A DNA stretch of 57,860 nt from an uncultured bacterium (GCA_913009635.1 CAJVXI010000002.1:1-57860), one strand, 5' to 3'. Positions 24,468 through 32,543 are shown, counted from the stretch's first letter. Notes: generated by a model from the letters alone, not told the origin. Numbers and translations are program-made.

Positions 24468-26669
24468 ATGTTTTTAAAATCCCTAGAACTTAATGGTTTC
24501 AAATCGTTTGCACAAAAGACAGTTTTGGAATTTCCGGCTGGAATTACCGCTATTGTAGGGCCAAATGGCTCTGGAAAAAGCAACATTATTGATGCTATTC
24601 GCTGGCTTTTGGGAGAGCGTGAGGCAAAGAATTTAAGAGGCGGCAAGGCCGAAGATTTAATTTTTTCAGGCACTTCCAAAAAAGCTAGAACATCAATAGC
24701 TCAAGCAGGCTTATATTTTGATAACAGTAGCGGTTTTTTCCCTTTGGATTTTAATGAAGTTTCAGTAGTGCGTCGCGTGAATAGAGACGGTAATTCGCAA
24801 TATTTTTTAAATAAATCAGAAGTGCGGCTTAAAGACATAGTCGATTTTTTTGCGCGTTCACGTCTTGGCACAAAGGGTTTAACTATTATTAATCAGGGCA
24901 ATAGTGATTTATTTGTTAGGGTCTCACCTGAAGAACGGCAGATAATGATTGAAGAAATATTGGGATTAAGGGAGTATCAAATAAAAAAGACTGAAGCCGT
25001 ACGCAAACTTAAAAATACTGTTATAAATTTAGAAAAAGTTAAGGCAATGATAGGGGAGATTACGCCACATCTAAGAATGTTGAAAAGGCAGACTTCTAAA
25101 TGGGAGAAACGCGCAGAAATAGAAAAAGAATTAAAGGAATTAGAAGATAAATATTTTTCTTTTAAGTTAAGCAAAATCAAAAAATCATTAACTGGTTTTG
25201 ATCCGGAATTAGACAAATTAGAAAAACAAATAATTATCAAACAAAAGGAATTAAATAAATTAGAAGATGAAATTAAAAAACTTGAACCTGAAAATCAAGA
25301 ACAAGAAAATATTAAGTCGATTAAAAGCAAGCAAGATGAATTATTGTCACGGAGTTCGGAAATCCAAAGAGAATTCGGCCGATTAGAGGCGAAAATAGAA
25401 TTATTAAGTTCTTCAAAAAGCGGAGATAAAATTTTTAGTATTAAAGAGACGCTTAATTTAATTAGTGAGATAAGGGAATCGCTTGAAAGCGGATTGGATT
25501 ATTCTGATTTTGAAAAGTTAAGAAAAATAATTGAAGATTTAATTTCTAAAATTGAGAATTTTTTAGAAGGTCATACTGACTTAAAGTTAAAAGAATTAAA
25601 CCCCATTAGAAATTCCATTTCTAATGGGGTAAATGAATTGGAAAAATTAAAAGGAGATTTAACAAAAACCCTTTCTTCAATTAATAATGATTTAGAGCAA
25701 CTAGCAGAATCTGAACAGAAAATTGCTCATAATTTAGAAAGTTTTAATAAAAATTTTCAGCAGGCATTTGAGGCAAAAGAGGCAAAAAAAGAAGAAATTA
25801 ATGAACTTGAAAGTCAAAAAAGCAGGGTTATTTTTGAAAAAGAAAAGTTGAATCTGAAACTGCAGGATTTACAAGATCAAATTCATCAAATTGGGAGGAA
25901 TATTAACGAATTTTGCGTTAGCGATGGCCAATCTTTTGAAGCAGACGAGCTTTTTGAAAATGAAAGAAAAATGTTTAAATTAAGGGCGCATTTGGCAAGT
26001 ATTGGTGAAATTGACGAGTCTTTAATAAAAGAAACAGCTGAAACCGAAACCCATTATAATTTTTTAATTAACCAGTCAGATGACTTGGAAAAAGCATTAA
26101 TTGATTTAAAAAATCTTATAAAGGAATTAAGCGAAAAAATTCATTCTGAATTCAATAGTTCGCTTAAAGTAATAAATGAAGAATTCAATAAATTTTTTCG
26201 TTTAATGTTTGGAGGAGGAAGCGTAAAATTAAAAGTAGAAATGGAAAAGAAGAAAGTAAAAAGCGAAGAAGAAAATTTAGAAAATAGAACTGAAATTAGC
26301 CAAGAGGAAGAAGATGAAGAAATATCAACAGGAGTATGCATTGATTTGAATCTGCCCAAAAAACGTATTACCAGTCTAGATGTTCTTTCTGGTGGAGAAA
26401 AAAGCTTAGTGTCAATCGCGGCTCTTTTCGCTTTAATTTCTGTTAGCCCGCCGCCGTTTTTGGTGCTAGATGAGATTGACGCGGCTTTAGACGAACAGAA
26501 TTCTAAAAGATTTGCCGACCTTATTAAAGAGTTTGCGCATAAGACCCAGTTTATTGTTGTAACTCATAACAGGGCAACAATGGAAGCGGCAGGCGTTCTT
26601 TACGGAGTTACAATAGAAGAAGATGGGTCGTCTAAAATCTTATCTTTGAAATTAGACAATAAATCTTGA
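24468..26669 (+). CDS. smc: SMC-family chromosome segregation ATPase, unusually short (733 aa), no obvious hinge
   Basis: MFLKSLELNGFKSFA, Walker A GPNGSGKSN, signature LSGGEKS, Walker B LVLDEIDAALD, FIVVTHNRATMEAAGVLYGVT. Confidence 0.88.
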   Translation: MFLKSLELNGFKSFAQKTVLEFPAGITAIVGPNGSGKSNIIDAIRWLLGEREAKNLRGGKAEDLIFSGTSKKARTSIAQAGLYFDNSSGFFPLDFNEVSVVRRVNRDGNSQYFLNKSEVRLKDIVDFFARSRLGTKGLTIINQGNSDLFVRVSPEERQIMIEEILGLREYQIKKTEAVRKLKNTVINLEKVKAMIGEITPHLRMLKRQTSKWEKRAEIEKELKELEDKYFSFKLSKIKKSLTGFDPELDKLEKQIIIKQKELNKLEDEIKKLEPENQEQENIKSIKSKQDELLSRSSEIQREFGRLEAKIELLSSSKSGDKIFSIKETLNLISEIRESLESGLDYSDFEKLRKIIEDLISKIENFLEGHTDLKLKELNPIRNSISNGVNELEKLKGDLTKTLSSINNDLEQLAESEQKIAHNLESFNKNFQQAFEAKEAKKEEINELESQKSRVIFEKEKLNLKLQDLQDQIHQIGRNINEFCVSDGQSFEADELFENERKMFKLRAHLASIGEIDESLIKETAETETHYNFLINQSDDLEKALIDLKNLIKELSEKIHSEFNSSLKVINEEFNKFFRLMFGGGSVKLKVEMEKKKVKSEEENLENRTEISQEEEDEEISTGVCIDLNLPKKRITSLDVLSGGEKSLVSIAALFALISVSPPPFLVLDEIDAALDEQNSKRFADLIKEFAHKTQFIVVTHNRATMEAAGVLYGVTIEEDGSSKILSLKLDNKS
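25601..25629. repeat. perfect 13-bp-arm hairpin (family E, CCCCRTTAGA) in frame in smc
   Basis: ccccattagaaat-tcc-atttctaatgggg, translated as NPIRNSISNGV. Confidence 0.85.
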
Positions 26670-26827
26670 TTTTTTAGGGGATTGCTGTATTATATTGATA
26701 TGAAATAAATGTAAAATGTAAAAATCAAAATGACAATGTAAAATTCAAAATGGATTAAAAACGAAGAAAATTTTAACATTTTGATCTGTCATTTTCTATT
26801 TTGATATTTACATTTTGAATTATTATT

Positions 26828-27400
26828 ATGTTAGCAATTAAATTAAGAAGAATAGGCAAAAAACATCAGCCGTCGTTTAGAATGGTGGTTGCTGAGAAGC
26901 ATTCAAAGCTTGGCGGAAAGTTTACGGAAGATCTTGGTTGGTTTAATCCGCAGAGCAAAGAAATTAAATTAAATAAAGAGCGGGTTGAATATTGGATAAA
27001 AAACGGCGCTCAACCAACGGACACTGTCCATAATCTTTTGGTTCGCGCTGAAATAATTAGCGGTCCCAAAAAGTCAGTGCATAAGAAATCTAAAAAGACT
27101 AAAGAAGAAACAAAAGAAGAGGCTGTTCCTGCGGAGACAGTTAAAACAGAAGTAAAAGAGCAAGCTCCTGAAACAGAGAAAAAAGAAGAGGCCAAAGAAG
27201 AGGCCAAAGAAGAACCATCAAAAGAGGAAAAGCCCGTAGATGAAGCTGAAATAAAAGAAGAATCACCAAAAGAAGAATCACCAAAAGAAGAGGTTGATCA
27301 AAAAGAGCAAGAGAAAGAACCTGAATTGCCTAAGGAAGAGCCAAAAGAAGAAATAAAAACTGAAGTAAAATCGGAAGAAAAAGAGAAAAAAGAAGAATAG
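26828..27400 (+). CDS. rpsP: 30S ribosomal protein S16 with a long Lys/Glu-rich C-terminal extension
   Basis: MLAIKLRRIGKKHQPSFRMVVAE. About 100 aa of KEE/PKEE low-complexity tail with 15-bp direct repeats. Confidence 0.9.
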   Translation: MLAIKLRRIGKKHQPSFRMVVAEKHSKLGGKFTEDLGWFNPQSKEIKLNKERVEYWIKNGAQPTDTVHNLLVRAEIISGPKKSVHKKSKKTKEETKEEAVPAETVKTEVKEQAPETEKKEEAKEEAKEEPSKEEKPVDEAEIKEESPKEESPKEEVDQKEQEKEPELPKEEPKEEIKTEVKSEEKEKKEE

Positions 27401-27401
27401 A

Positions 27402-27543
27402 GGTTGACCCCGTTAGAAGTCTTAGATAGAAAAAATTTATATTAAATTTTTTTATTTGGTACTATACAAAACTAATTTCAAGCCATACCTATATATCATT
27501 TTATACTGCGTAGAGTTTAAAGCAGACCTCTAACGGGGTTGAC
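27402..27543. repeat. family E inverted repeats separated by ~100 bp of AT-rich DNA
   Basis: ggttgaccccgttagaagtct (27402) and agacctctaacggggttgac (27524). Confidence 0.75.
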
Positions 27544-27617
27544 ATTTTCTATAAAAAGAGTATAATTTATTATAAGTAAAAAGGTCGGAAAAGATAGAAT
27601 TCAATAAAAAAGTAGAT

Positions 27618-27932
27618 ATGACAGCTATTAAGACAGATCAGGAATTTCTTGAGTTTCTCATTAAATCTATTGTTGATAGCCCAGACGCAGTCAAGGTTGA
27701 ACGCAAAGTAGATGAAATGGGAGTGCTTCTTTCATTGCAAGTTGATTCTAAAGATATGGGTCAAGTGGTTGGAAGAGCAGGCTCTACTGCTAAAGCTATT
27801 AGGTCATTACTCCGAATCGTTGGAATTAAAAACAACGCCAGAGTTACTCTAAAAATTATTGAACCAGAAGGTTCAACTAGGGGAGTTAATAGTGATTCAG
27901 TTGATCAAGTAGTGGAAGACCTTAAGTTATAA
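27618..27932 (+). CDS. KH-domain RNA-binding protein (UPF0109/YlqC-like)
   Basis: FLEFLIKSIVDSPDAVKV and MGQVVGRAGSTAKAIRSLL (GxxG KH motif). Confidence 0.85.
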   Translation: MTAIKTDQEFLEFLIKSIVDSPDAVKVERKVDEMGVLLSLQVDSKDMGQVVGRAGSTAKAIRSLLRIVGIKNNARVTLKIIEPEGSTRGVNSDSVDQVVEDLKL

Positions 27933-27935
27933 AAT

Positions 27936-27963
27936 TTAGCCACTAGCCACCGGTGATTAGGGT
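27936..27963. repeat. REP-like repeat
   Basis: ttagccactagccaccggtgattaggg, downstream of the KH gene. Confidence 0.75.
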
Positions 27964-28084
27964 TAAAACCCGATGGGTTCACCCATTTTAGGGGTTAGTG
28001 AGCGAATAAAATAAAAACTCCGGGCTTGCTCGGAGTTTTTGTTTAGCTTAAAATATAAGGAAGTCCGACCTATTAGTATTGATT

Positions 28085-28168
28085 ATGAAGTTTGATATTA
28101 TCACAATTTTCTGCCAATTTTATTTGAGCGAAGCGAAATTTAAAATTGAGCATCCGCCGAAGTTTTAA
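28085..28168 (+). pseudogene. degenerate duplicate of the trmD 5' end followed by a 77-bp insert
   Basis: atgaagtttgatattatcacaattttc (MKFDIITIF) versus the true start atgaaattcaatattattaccatattc (MKFNIITIF) at 28189. The reading frame closes after 27 codons. Confidence 0.6.
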
Positions 28169-28188
28169 CGAAGGTGGACTACAATATT

Positions 28189-28857
28189 ATGAAATTCAAT
28201 ATTATTACCATATTCCCGCATATCTTTGATTCTTACCTAAATGAATCAATTCTTAAGCGCGCTCAGAAAAAGGGTTTAATTAAAATTAAGATTTATGATT
28301 TACGTAAATTTACCAAAGATAAACACAGGAAGGTGGACGACAAGCCATTTGGAGGGGGACCGGGAATGGTAATTAAAATCGAGCCATTAGTAAAAGCAAT
28401 AAGCTCGATTTTAAAACTAAAAACTAAAAACCAAAAACTAAAAACTAAGATAGTGTTATTTACTCCAGGCGGAAAACAGTTTGACAATGAGACAGCGATT
28501 AATTTAGCAAGAAATTATGATAATTTAATTTTAATAGCTGGTCGTTACGAAGGAATTGATGAACGAATTAAAAAAGTGCTTCATAATTCAGGACTCAAGA
28601 TTCATGAGTTGTCTATAGGTCCTTATGTTTTAACAGGAGGCGAATTACCGGCAATGACCATAATTGACGCGGTTTCCCGTCAGATTAAAGGGGTATTAGG
28701 CAAGAGAGAATCACTTGAAGAAAAGCGATTTGGCATTGGCATGCCAGTTTATACAAGACCGGAAATATTTATTTATAAGGGCAAAAAATACCGAGTGCCG
28801 AAAGTTTTATTGTCTGGGAATCATAAAAAAATAGAGGAATGGCATAGAATAAAGTGA
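28189..28857 (+). CDS. trmD: tRNA (guanine37-N1)-methyltransferase
   Basis: MKFNIITIFPHIF, DDKPFGGGPGMV, GRYEGIDERI, LTGGELPAM. Confidence 0.93.
   Translation: MKFNIITIFPHIFDSYLNESILKRAQKKGLIKIKIYDLRKFTKDKHRKVDDKPFGGGPGMVIKIEPLVKAISSILKLKTKNQKLKTKIVLFTPGGKQFDNETAINLARNYDNLILIAGRYEGIDERIKKVLHNSGLKIHELSIGPYVLTGGELPAMTIIDAVSRQIKGVLGKRESLEEKRFGIGMPVYTRPEIFIYKGKKYRVPKVLLSGNHKKIEEWHRIK
28413..28449 (+). repeat. double KLKTK element (family B) in frame in trmD
   Basis: aaaactaaaaactaaaaaccaaaaactaaaaactaag is read as LKLKTKNQKLKTK. Confidence 0.7.
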
Positions 28858-28885
28858 TTAACTACTAGTGATTAGGGTTTAATGC
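28854..28885. repeat. REP-like repeat supplying the trmD stop
   Basis: gtgattaactactagtgattagggtttaatgc. Confidence 0.7.
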
Positions 28886-28980
28886 GAAATGGTTGCATTT
28901 TTTATTTATTTTATATATACTCTGTTTGTGGGTTAGATTAGTTAATTAATTCAGTAGTTTAATAGCCCAATAATTAAAAC

Positions 28981-29823
28981 ATGGAAGAATTAAACGCAAA
29001 AATAGAAGCAAATACAGAGATAGATGCTGATGAAGATAAAAATAACGCTGTAGTGGATAAGTTAAGCGACGATACGGATGTTGACGCTGACGTTGACGCT
29101 GACGCTGACGCTGATGCTGATGCTAATGTTGGTGCTGACGCTGATTTTGGCATTTTGCGCGAAATGATGGAAGCTGGAGTAATATATGGACATAAAAAAT
29201 CTAAGACTAATCCAAAATTTAAGCAATACATTTACGTCACTAGAAATGGTGTTGAAATTATTGACTTGTCTAAAACCTTATCAGCATTAGATCGGACAGC
29301 CGAATTTTTGAAAAATCTGATTAAGGAAAATAAAAAAGTTCTTTTAGTTGCAATTCAGCCGGCAGCAAAAGAAGCAGTAAATAATTTAGTAAAAGAGTTT
29401 AATTTTTCTTATATAAATGATCATTGGATTGGCGGTTTATTAACTAATTTAAAAGTTTTATCTAAACGCATTGAATATTTTAAGGAAACTCAAAGCAATT
29501 TAGAAAAAGGTAAATTTGAAAAATACACCAAGAAAGAACGTGTAATGATTAGTCGTAACATTGATAGGATGAAAAAGATGTTTATTGGTTTAGAAGATTT
29601 AACACGACTCCCAGATGTTTTATTTGTAATCGATACTTCAATAAAGGGCCATATGACCGCTATTCGTGAAGCAAAAATAATGAAAATTCCAATTATCGGC
29701 ATTATTGACAGCGATGATGATCCAGATTTGATTGATTATATGATTCCAGCTAATGACCATGCAAAAACAAGTATTGAATGGGTGGTAAATAAAATTAAAG
29801 AAAAGCTAGTGGCTAATCACTAG
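28981..29823 (+). CDS. rpsB: 30S ribosomal protein S2 with an acidic repeat N-terminal extension
   Basis: MMEAGVIYGHKKSKTNPKF, DHWIGGLLTN and IIDSDDDPD motifs. The true start is uncertain; a TTG near 29155 is possible. Confidence 0.88.
   Translation: MEELNAKIEANTEIDADEDKNNAVVDKLSDDTDVDADVDADADADADANVGADADFGILREMMEAGVIYGHKKSKTNPKFKQYIYVTRNGVEIIDLSKTLSALDRTAEFLKNLIKENKKVLLVAIQPAAKEAVNNLVKEFNFSYINDHWIGGLLTNLKVLSKRIEYFKETQSNLEKGKFEKYTKKERVMISRNIDRMKKMFIGLEDLTRLPDVLFVIDTSIKGHMTAIREAKIMKIPIIGIIDSDDDPDLIDYMIPANDHAKTSIEWVVNKIKEKLVANH
29071..29146 (+). repeat. GAYGCT hexanucleotide microsatellite (about 12 units)
   Basis: gatacggatgttgacgctgacgttgacgctgacgctgacgctgatgctgatgctaatgttggtgctgacgctgat, encoding DTDVDADVDADADADADANVGADAD. 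Confidence 0.9.
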
Positions 29824-29836
29824 TGGCTAGTGGCTA
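29805..29836. repeat. REP-like stop-rich repeat bridging rpsB stop and tsf start
   Basis: gctagtggctaatcactagtggctagtggcta, with stop codons in all three frames on both strands. Confidence 0.85.
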
Positions 29837-30276
29837 TGTTAAATGATATTCAAAAACTTCGTGAAACAACAGGTGCTGGCGTAATGGAATGCAAAAAGGC
29901 ACTAGGGGAAGCTGGCGACGATTTTGATAAAGCAATTACTATTATTCGCAAAAAGAGTTTAGCTGGCGCCACGAAAAGAGGTGGACGAGCTACAGGAGCC
30001 GGATTATTAGAGTCATATATTCACAATGAACGGGTTGGAGTTTTACTTGAGCTCAGATGTGAAACTGATTTTGTGGCTCGAAATTCATTATTTAGAGAAT
30101 TAGCTCATAATCTGGCAATGCAAATTGCTGCCGTAGGTTCTGAAAACGTTGAAGAATTACTAAAATCGCCTTACATAAAAGACGAATCTTTAATAGTAGA
30201 TGCTTTAATTAAGCAAGCAATCGCTAAGTTGGGAGAGAATATAAAAATTGAGAGGTTTTGCAGGTATGAATTGTAA
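29836..30276 (+). CDS. tsf: elongation factor Ts, very short form (146 aa)
   Basis: UBA-like N-terminus [19 protein letters not shown], then [23 protein letters not shown]. Confidence 0.85.
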   Translation: MLNDIQKLRETTGAGVMECKKALGEAGDDFDKAITIIRKKSLAGATKRGGRATGAGLLESYIHNERVGVLLELRCETDFVARNSLFRELAHNLAMQIAAVGSENVEELLKSPYIKDESLIVDALIKQAIAKLGENIKIERFCRYEL

Positions 30277-30280
30277 ATAA

Positions 30281-30411
30281 AATTCCAAGCATCAAGCACC
30301 AAATAACAAATAAGCACAAATGAACAAAATTCCAATAACCAAAACCCGTCGTGTTTAGTCCGCCAGCTGGCGGATAGAATTTGTTTGGGATTTGGAATTT
30401 GTAATTTGGGG
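30281..30411. mobile_element. MITE-like palindromic element, copy B (core inverted relative to copy A)
   Basis: aattccaagcatcaagcaccaaataacaaataagcac ... aaacccgtcgtgtttagtccgccagctggcggatag ... ggaatttgtaatttgggg. Confidence 0.6.
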
Positions 30412-30424
30412 TTTATAAAAATTT

Positions 30425-30793
30425 ATGTACAACTTCATTCTTCAAATTTCTTTAATGGCAAGTTTGGGTATAATGATTTATTTGGTTGCTCGAGGAGTAT
30501 CGCGAGTCAGCGACACTATTGATGAAGGCATTCAAAACAATCATAAAAATGTATTTGATAAATTTGTTGATTTATTGCCTTTAGAAAAAATTGATTTGAT
30601 GATTAGTGAGTATTTTGAAAAGATATTAAGGAAAATAAAATTAGTGTTAATGAAATGGGATAATATAGTTACAAACTATTTAGACAAAATTAAAAAAACA
30701 AACGGTAATGGCAAAAATAATGGAGAGAAAAAACCAAGTTTATTTTCCGAAGATTCAACCTCTAAAGAAGAAGGTAGCTCAAAAACCGATTAA
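30425..30793 (+). CDS. hypothetical single-pass membrane protein
   Basis: N-terminal TM helix ILQISLMASLGIMIYLVA. No recognisable motif. Confidence 0.5.
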   Translation: MYNFILQISLMASLGIMIYLVARGVSRVSDTIDEGIQNNHKNVFDKFVDLLPLEKIDLMISEYFEKILRKIKLVLMKWDNIVTNYLDKIKKTNGNGKNNGEKKPSLFSEDSTSKEEGSSKTD

Positions 30794-30819
30794 CTAATTA
30801 ACTAGTCAACTAAATTCAT

Positions 30820-30901
30820 CCAGGGGTACCGAAGTGGTCAAACGGGGTTGACTGTAAATCAACTGGTTCATCCTTCGCAGGTTCGAATCCTGCCCCCTGG
30901 A
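30820..30901 (+). tRNA. tRNA-Tyr (GTA), long variable arm, C1:G72 first pair
   Basis: ccaggggtaccgaagtggtcaaacggggttgactgtaaatcaactggttcatccttcgcaggttcgaatcctgccccctgga. Anticodon loop cuGUAaa. Confidence 0.9.
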
Positions 30902-30915
30902 CATAAAATATAAAC

Positions 30916-32037
30916 ATGACCAATAAAGAAAAATTTCAATTAGTTTCAAGATTTACAGAAGAAATTTTAACTCCTGATGATTTGGAGGATTTATTGTCAA
31001 AGAATGTAGATTTAAAACACTATATTGGTTTTGAAATTTCAGGGAAAATTCACTTAGGCACTGGCTTGGCATGCATGCAGAAAGTAAAAGATTTTACTGA
31101 TGCGGGAGTTTCGGTTAATATTTTTCTGGCTGATTATCATACATGGCTTAATGACAAATTGGGAGGCGATTTGGAAATGATTAAAAAAACAGCGGTTGGC
31201 TATTTTAGGGAGGGGCTAAGTATTGTTTATAAATGTATTGGCGGAAATCCAAAAGATTTGAATTTTATTTTAGCTTCGGATTTTTACCATAACAACGATA
31301 AATATTGGGAAACAGTTCTTGAGGTTAGCAAGCATATCACTTTATCTAGAATGAAACGAAGTATTACAATTTTAGGCCGCAAAGAAGATGAAGAGGTTGA
31401 TTTTGCCAAATTGATTTATCCTGCAATGCAGGTTGCGGATATTTTCAGCCAACAAATTCATTTAACGCAATCTGGATTAGACCAGAGAAAAGCTCAGGTT
31501 ATTGCTCGTCAGGTTGCTAACAAATTAAAAATATCGCCGCTAATGGTTGATAATCAGATTATTAAACCAGTTGCGGTTCATCACCATCTAATTTTAGGAT
31601 TGGACAAGCCACCGGCATTAACAAGCGAGAATAAACAAGAATTGTGGGAGTCAATGAAAATGAGTAAGTCAAATTCGGATTCCGCTGTTTTTATTCATGA
31701 TTCGGAAGAAGACATAAAGCGTAAGATTAAAAAAGCTTTTTGTCCGGAACGAGAAGTTGAGTTTAATCCGATTATTGATTGGACAGAGCATTTGATTTTT
31801 AACCGAGAAGAAAAAATTATATTAAAAAGAGAAAAAGAACATGGAGGTAATTTAGAAATAAATAGCGTTATTGAACTAAAAGATTTATTTGAAAAAGGTG
31901 AGTTACATCCGGAAGATTTGAAAAATTTTGTTGCCGAGTATCTTATTAAATTACTTGAACCGGCAAGGGAACATTTTAGTAAAGGTAATCCAAAAGAGAT
32001 GCTTCAAAACCTTGAGAAATTAATGGGAAAAGAGTAG
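30916..32037 (+). CDS. tyrS: tyrosine--tRNA ligase, archaeal/eukaryal type
   Basis: YIGFEISGKIHLGTG, LADYHTW, YPAMQVADI, KMSKS, and C-terminal LHPEDLKNFVAEYLIKLLEP. Closely parallels M. jannaschii TyrRS from memory. Confidence 0.85.
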   Translation: MTNKEKFQLVSRFTEEILTPDDLEDLLSKNVDLKHYIGFEISGKIHLGTGLACMQKVKDFTDAGVSVNIFLADYHTWLNDKLGGDLEMIKKTAVGYFREGLSIVYKCIGGNPKDLNFILASDFYHNNDKYWETVLEVSKHITLSRMKRSITILGRKEDEEVDFAKLIYPAMQVADIFSQQIHLTQSGLDQRKAQVIARQVANKLKISPLMVDNQIIKPVAVHHHLILGLDKPPALTSENKQELWESMKMSKSNSDSAVFIHDSEEDIKRKIKKAFCPEREVEFNPIIDWTEHLIFNREEKIILKREKEHGGNLEINSVIELKDLFEKGELHPEDLKNFVAEYLIKLLEPAREHFSKGNPKEMLQNLEKLMGKE

Positions 32038-32050
32038 TATTATTGGGCTT

Positions 32051-32122
32051 GCCGGAGTAGCTCAATGGTAGAGCAACGGTTTTGTAAACCGTAGGTTGGG
32101 GGTTCGATTCCTCTCTCCGGCT
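32051..32122 (+). tRNA. tRNA-Thr (TGT)
   Basis: gccggagtagctcaatggtagagcaacggttttgtaaaccgtaggttgggggttcgattcctctctccggct. Anticodon loop uuUGUaa. Confidence 0.9.
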
Positions 32123-32135
32123 TACAAAATGGTTG

Positions 32136-32207
32136 GCCGATGTAGCTCAGTGGCAGAGCAACTGCATGGTAAGCAGTAGGTCGCCGGTTCAAATCCGGCC
32201 ATCGGCT
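32136..32207 (+). tRNA. tRNA-Thr (GGT)
   Basis: gccgatgtagctcagtggcagagcaactgcatggtaagcagtaggtcgccggttcaaatccggccatcggct. Anticodon loop auGGUaa. Confidence 0.9.
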
Positions 32208-32216
32208 CATAAACAT

Positions 32217-32387
32217 ATGGCGAAATCTAAATTCAGCGAATATTTAATAAGGATGAAATGCTCCGAATGTAAGCGGGTTAATTATTATACGCGAAAAAAC
32301 AAGAAGAAAGTTGAAAGGAAATTGGAATATAAAAAACATTGTAAATGGTGCCGTAAGCATACCGTTCATAAGGAGGGGAAGAAATAA
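32217..32387 (+). CDS. rpmG: 50S ribosomal protein L33
   Basis: MAKSKFSEYLIRMKCSECKRVNYYTRKNKKKVERKLEYKKHCKWCRKHTVHKE. The ORF-track start at 32133 runs through tRNA-Thr. Confidence 0.9.
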   Translation: MAKSKFSEYLIRMKCSECKRVNYYTRKNKKKVERKLEYKKHCKWCRKHTVHKEGKK

Positions 32388-32397
32388 TTTTTTTCTC

Positions 32398-32468
32398 GGG
32401 AGCTTAGTTAAGTGGCATAATAGCGGTCTCCAAAACCGCGGTCGGGGGTTCGATTCCCTCAGCTCCCG
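32398..32468 (+). tRNA. tRNA-Trp (CCA)
   Basis: gggagcttagttaagtggcataatagcggtctccaaaaccgcggtcgggggttcgattccctcagctcccg. Anticodon loop cuCCAaa. Confidence 0.9.
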
Positions 32469-32496
32469 CAGCAGGTTTTTTGGAAATTTACATCGT

Positions 32497-32529
32497 AAGT
32501 CGGAGGACTTAAATTCTCCGACTTTTTTG
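32497..32529 (+). terminator. rho-independent terminator after tRNA-Trp
   Basis: aagtcggag-N10-ctccgactt followed by tttttt. Confidence 0.8.
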
Positions 32530-32543
32530 TATATAATTATTAC

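Noticed and set aside
28855-28857. Possible UGA recoding (genetic code 25 or 4), as seen in some CPR lineages.
   Set aside because: trmD and rsmH end at TGA exactly where the conserved C-termini end, and all housekeeping ORFs are intact under code 11.
28974-29231. Minus-strand ORF rich in Ala/Ser/Thr repeats.
   Set aside because: It is the antisense reading of the GAYGCT microsatellite in rpsB.
32133-32216. N-terminal 28 aa of the ORF containing L33.
   Set aside because: This stretch is tRNA-Thr(GGT). The L33 homology starts at ATG 32217.
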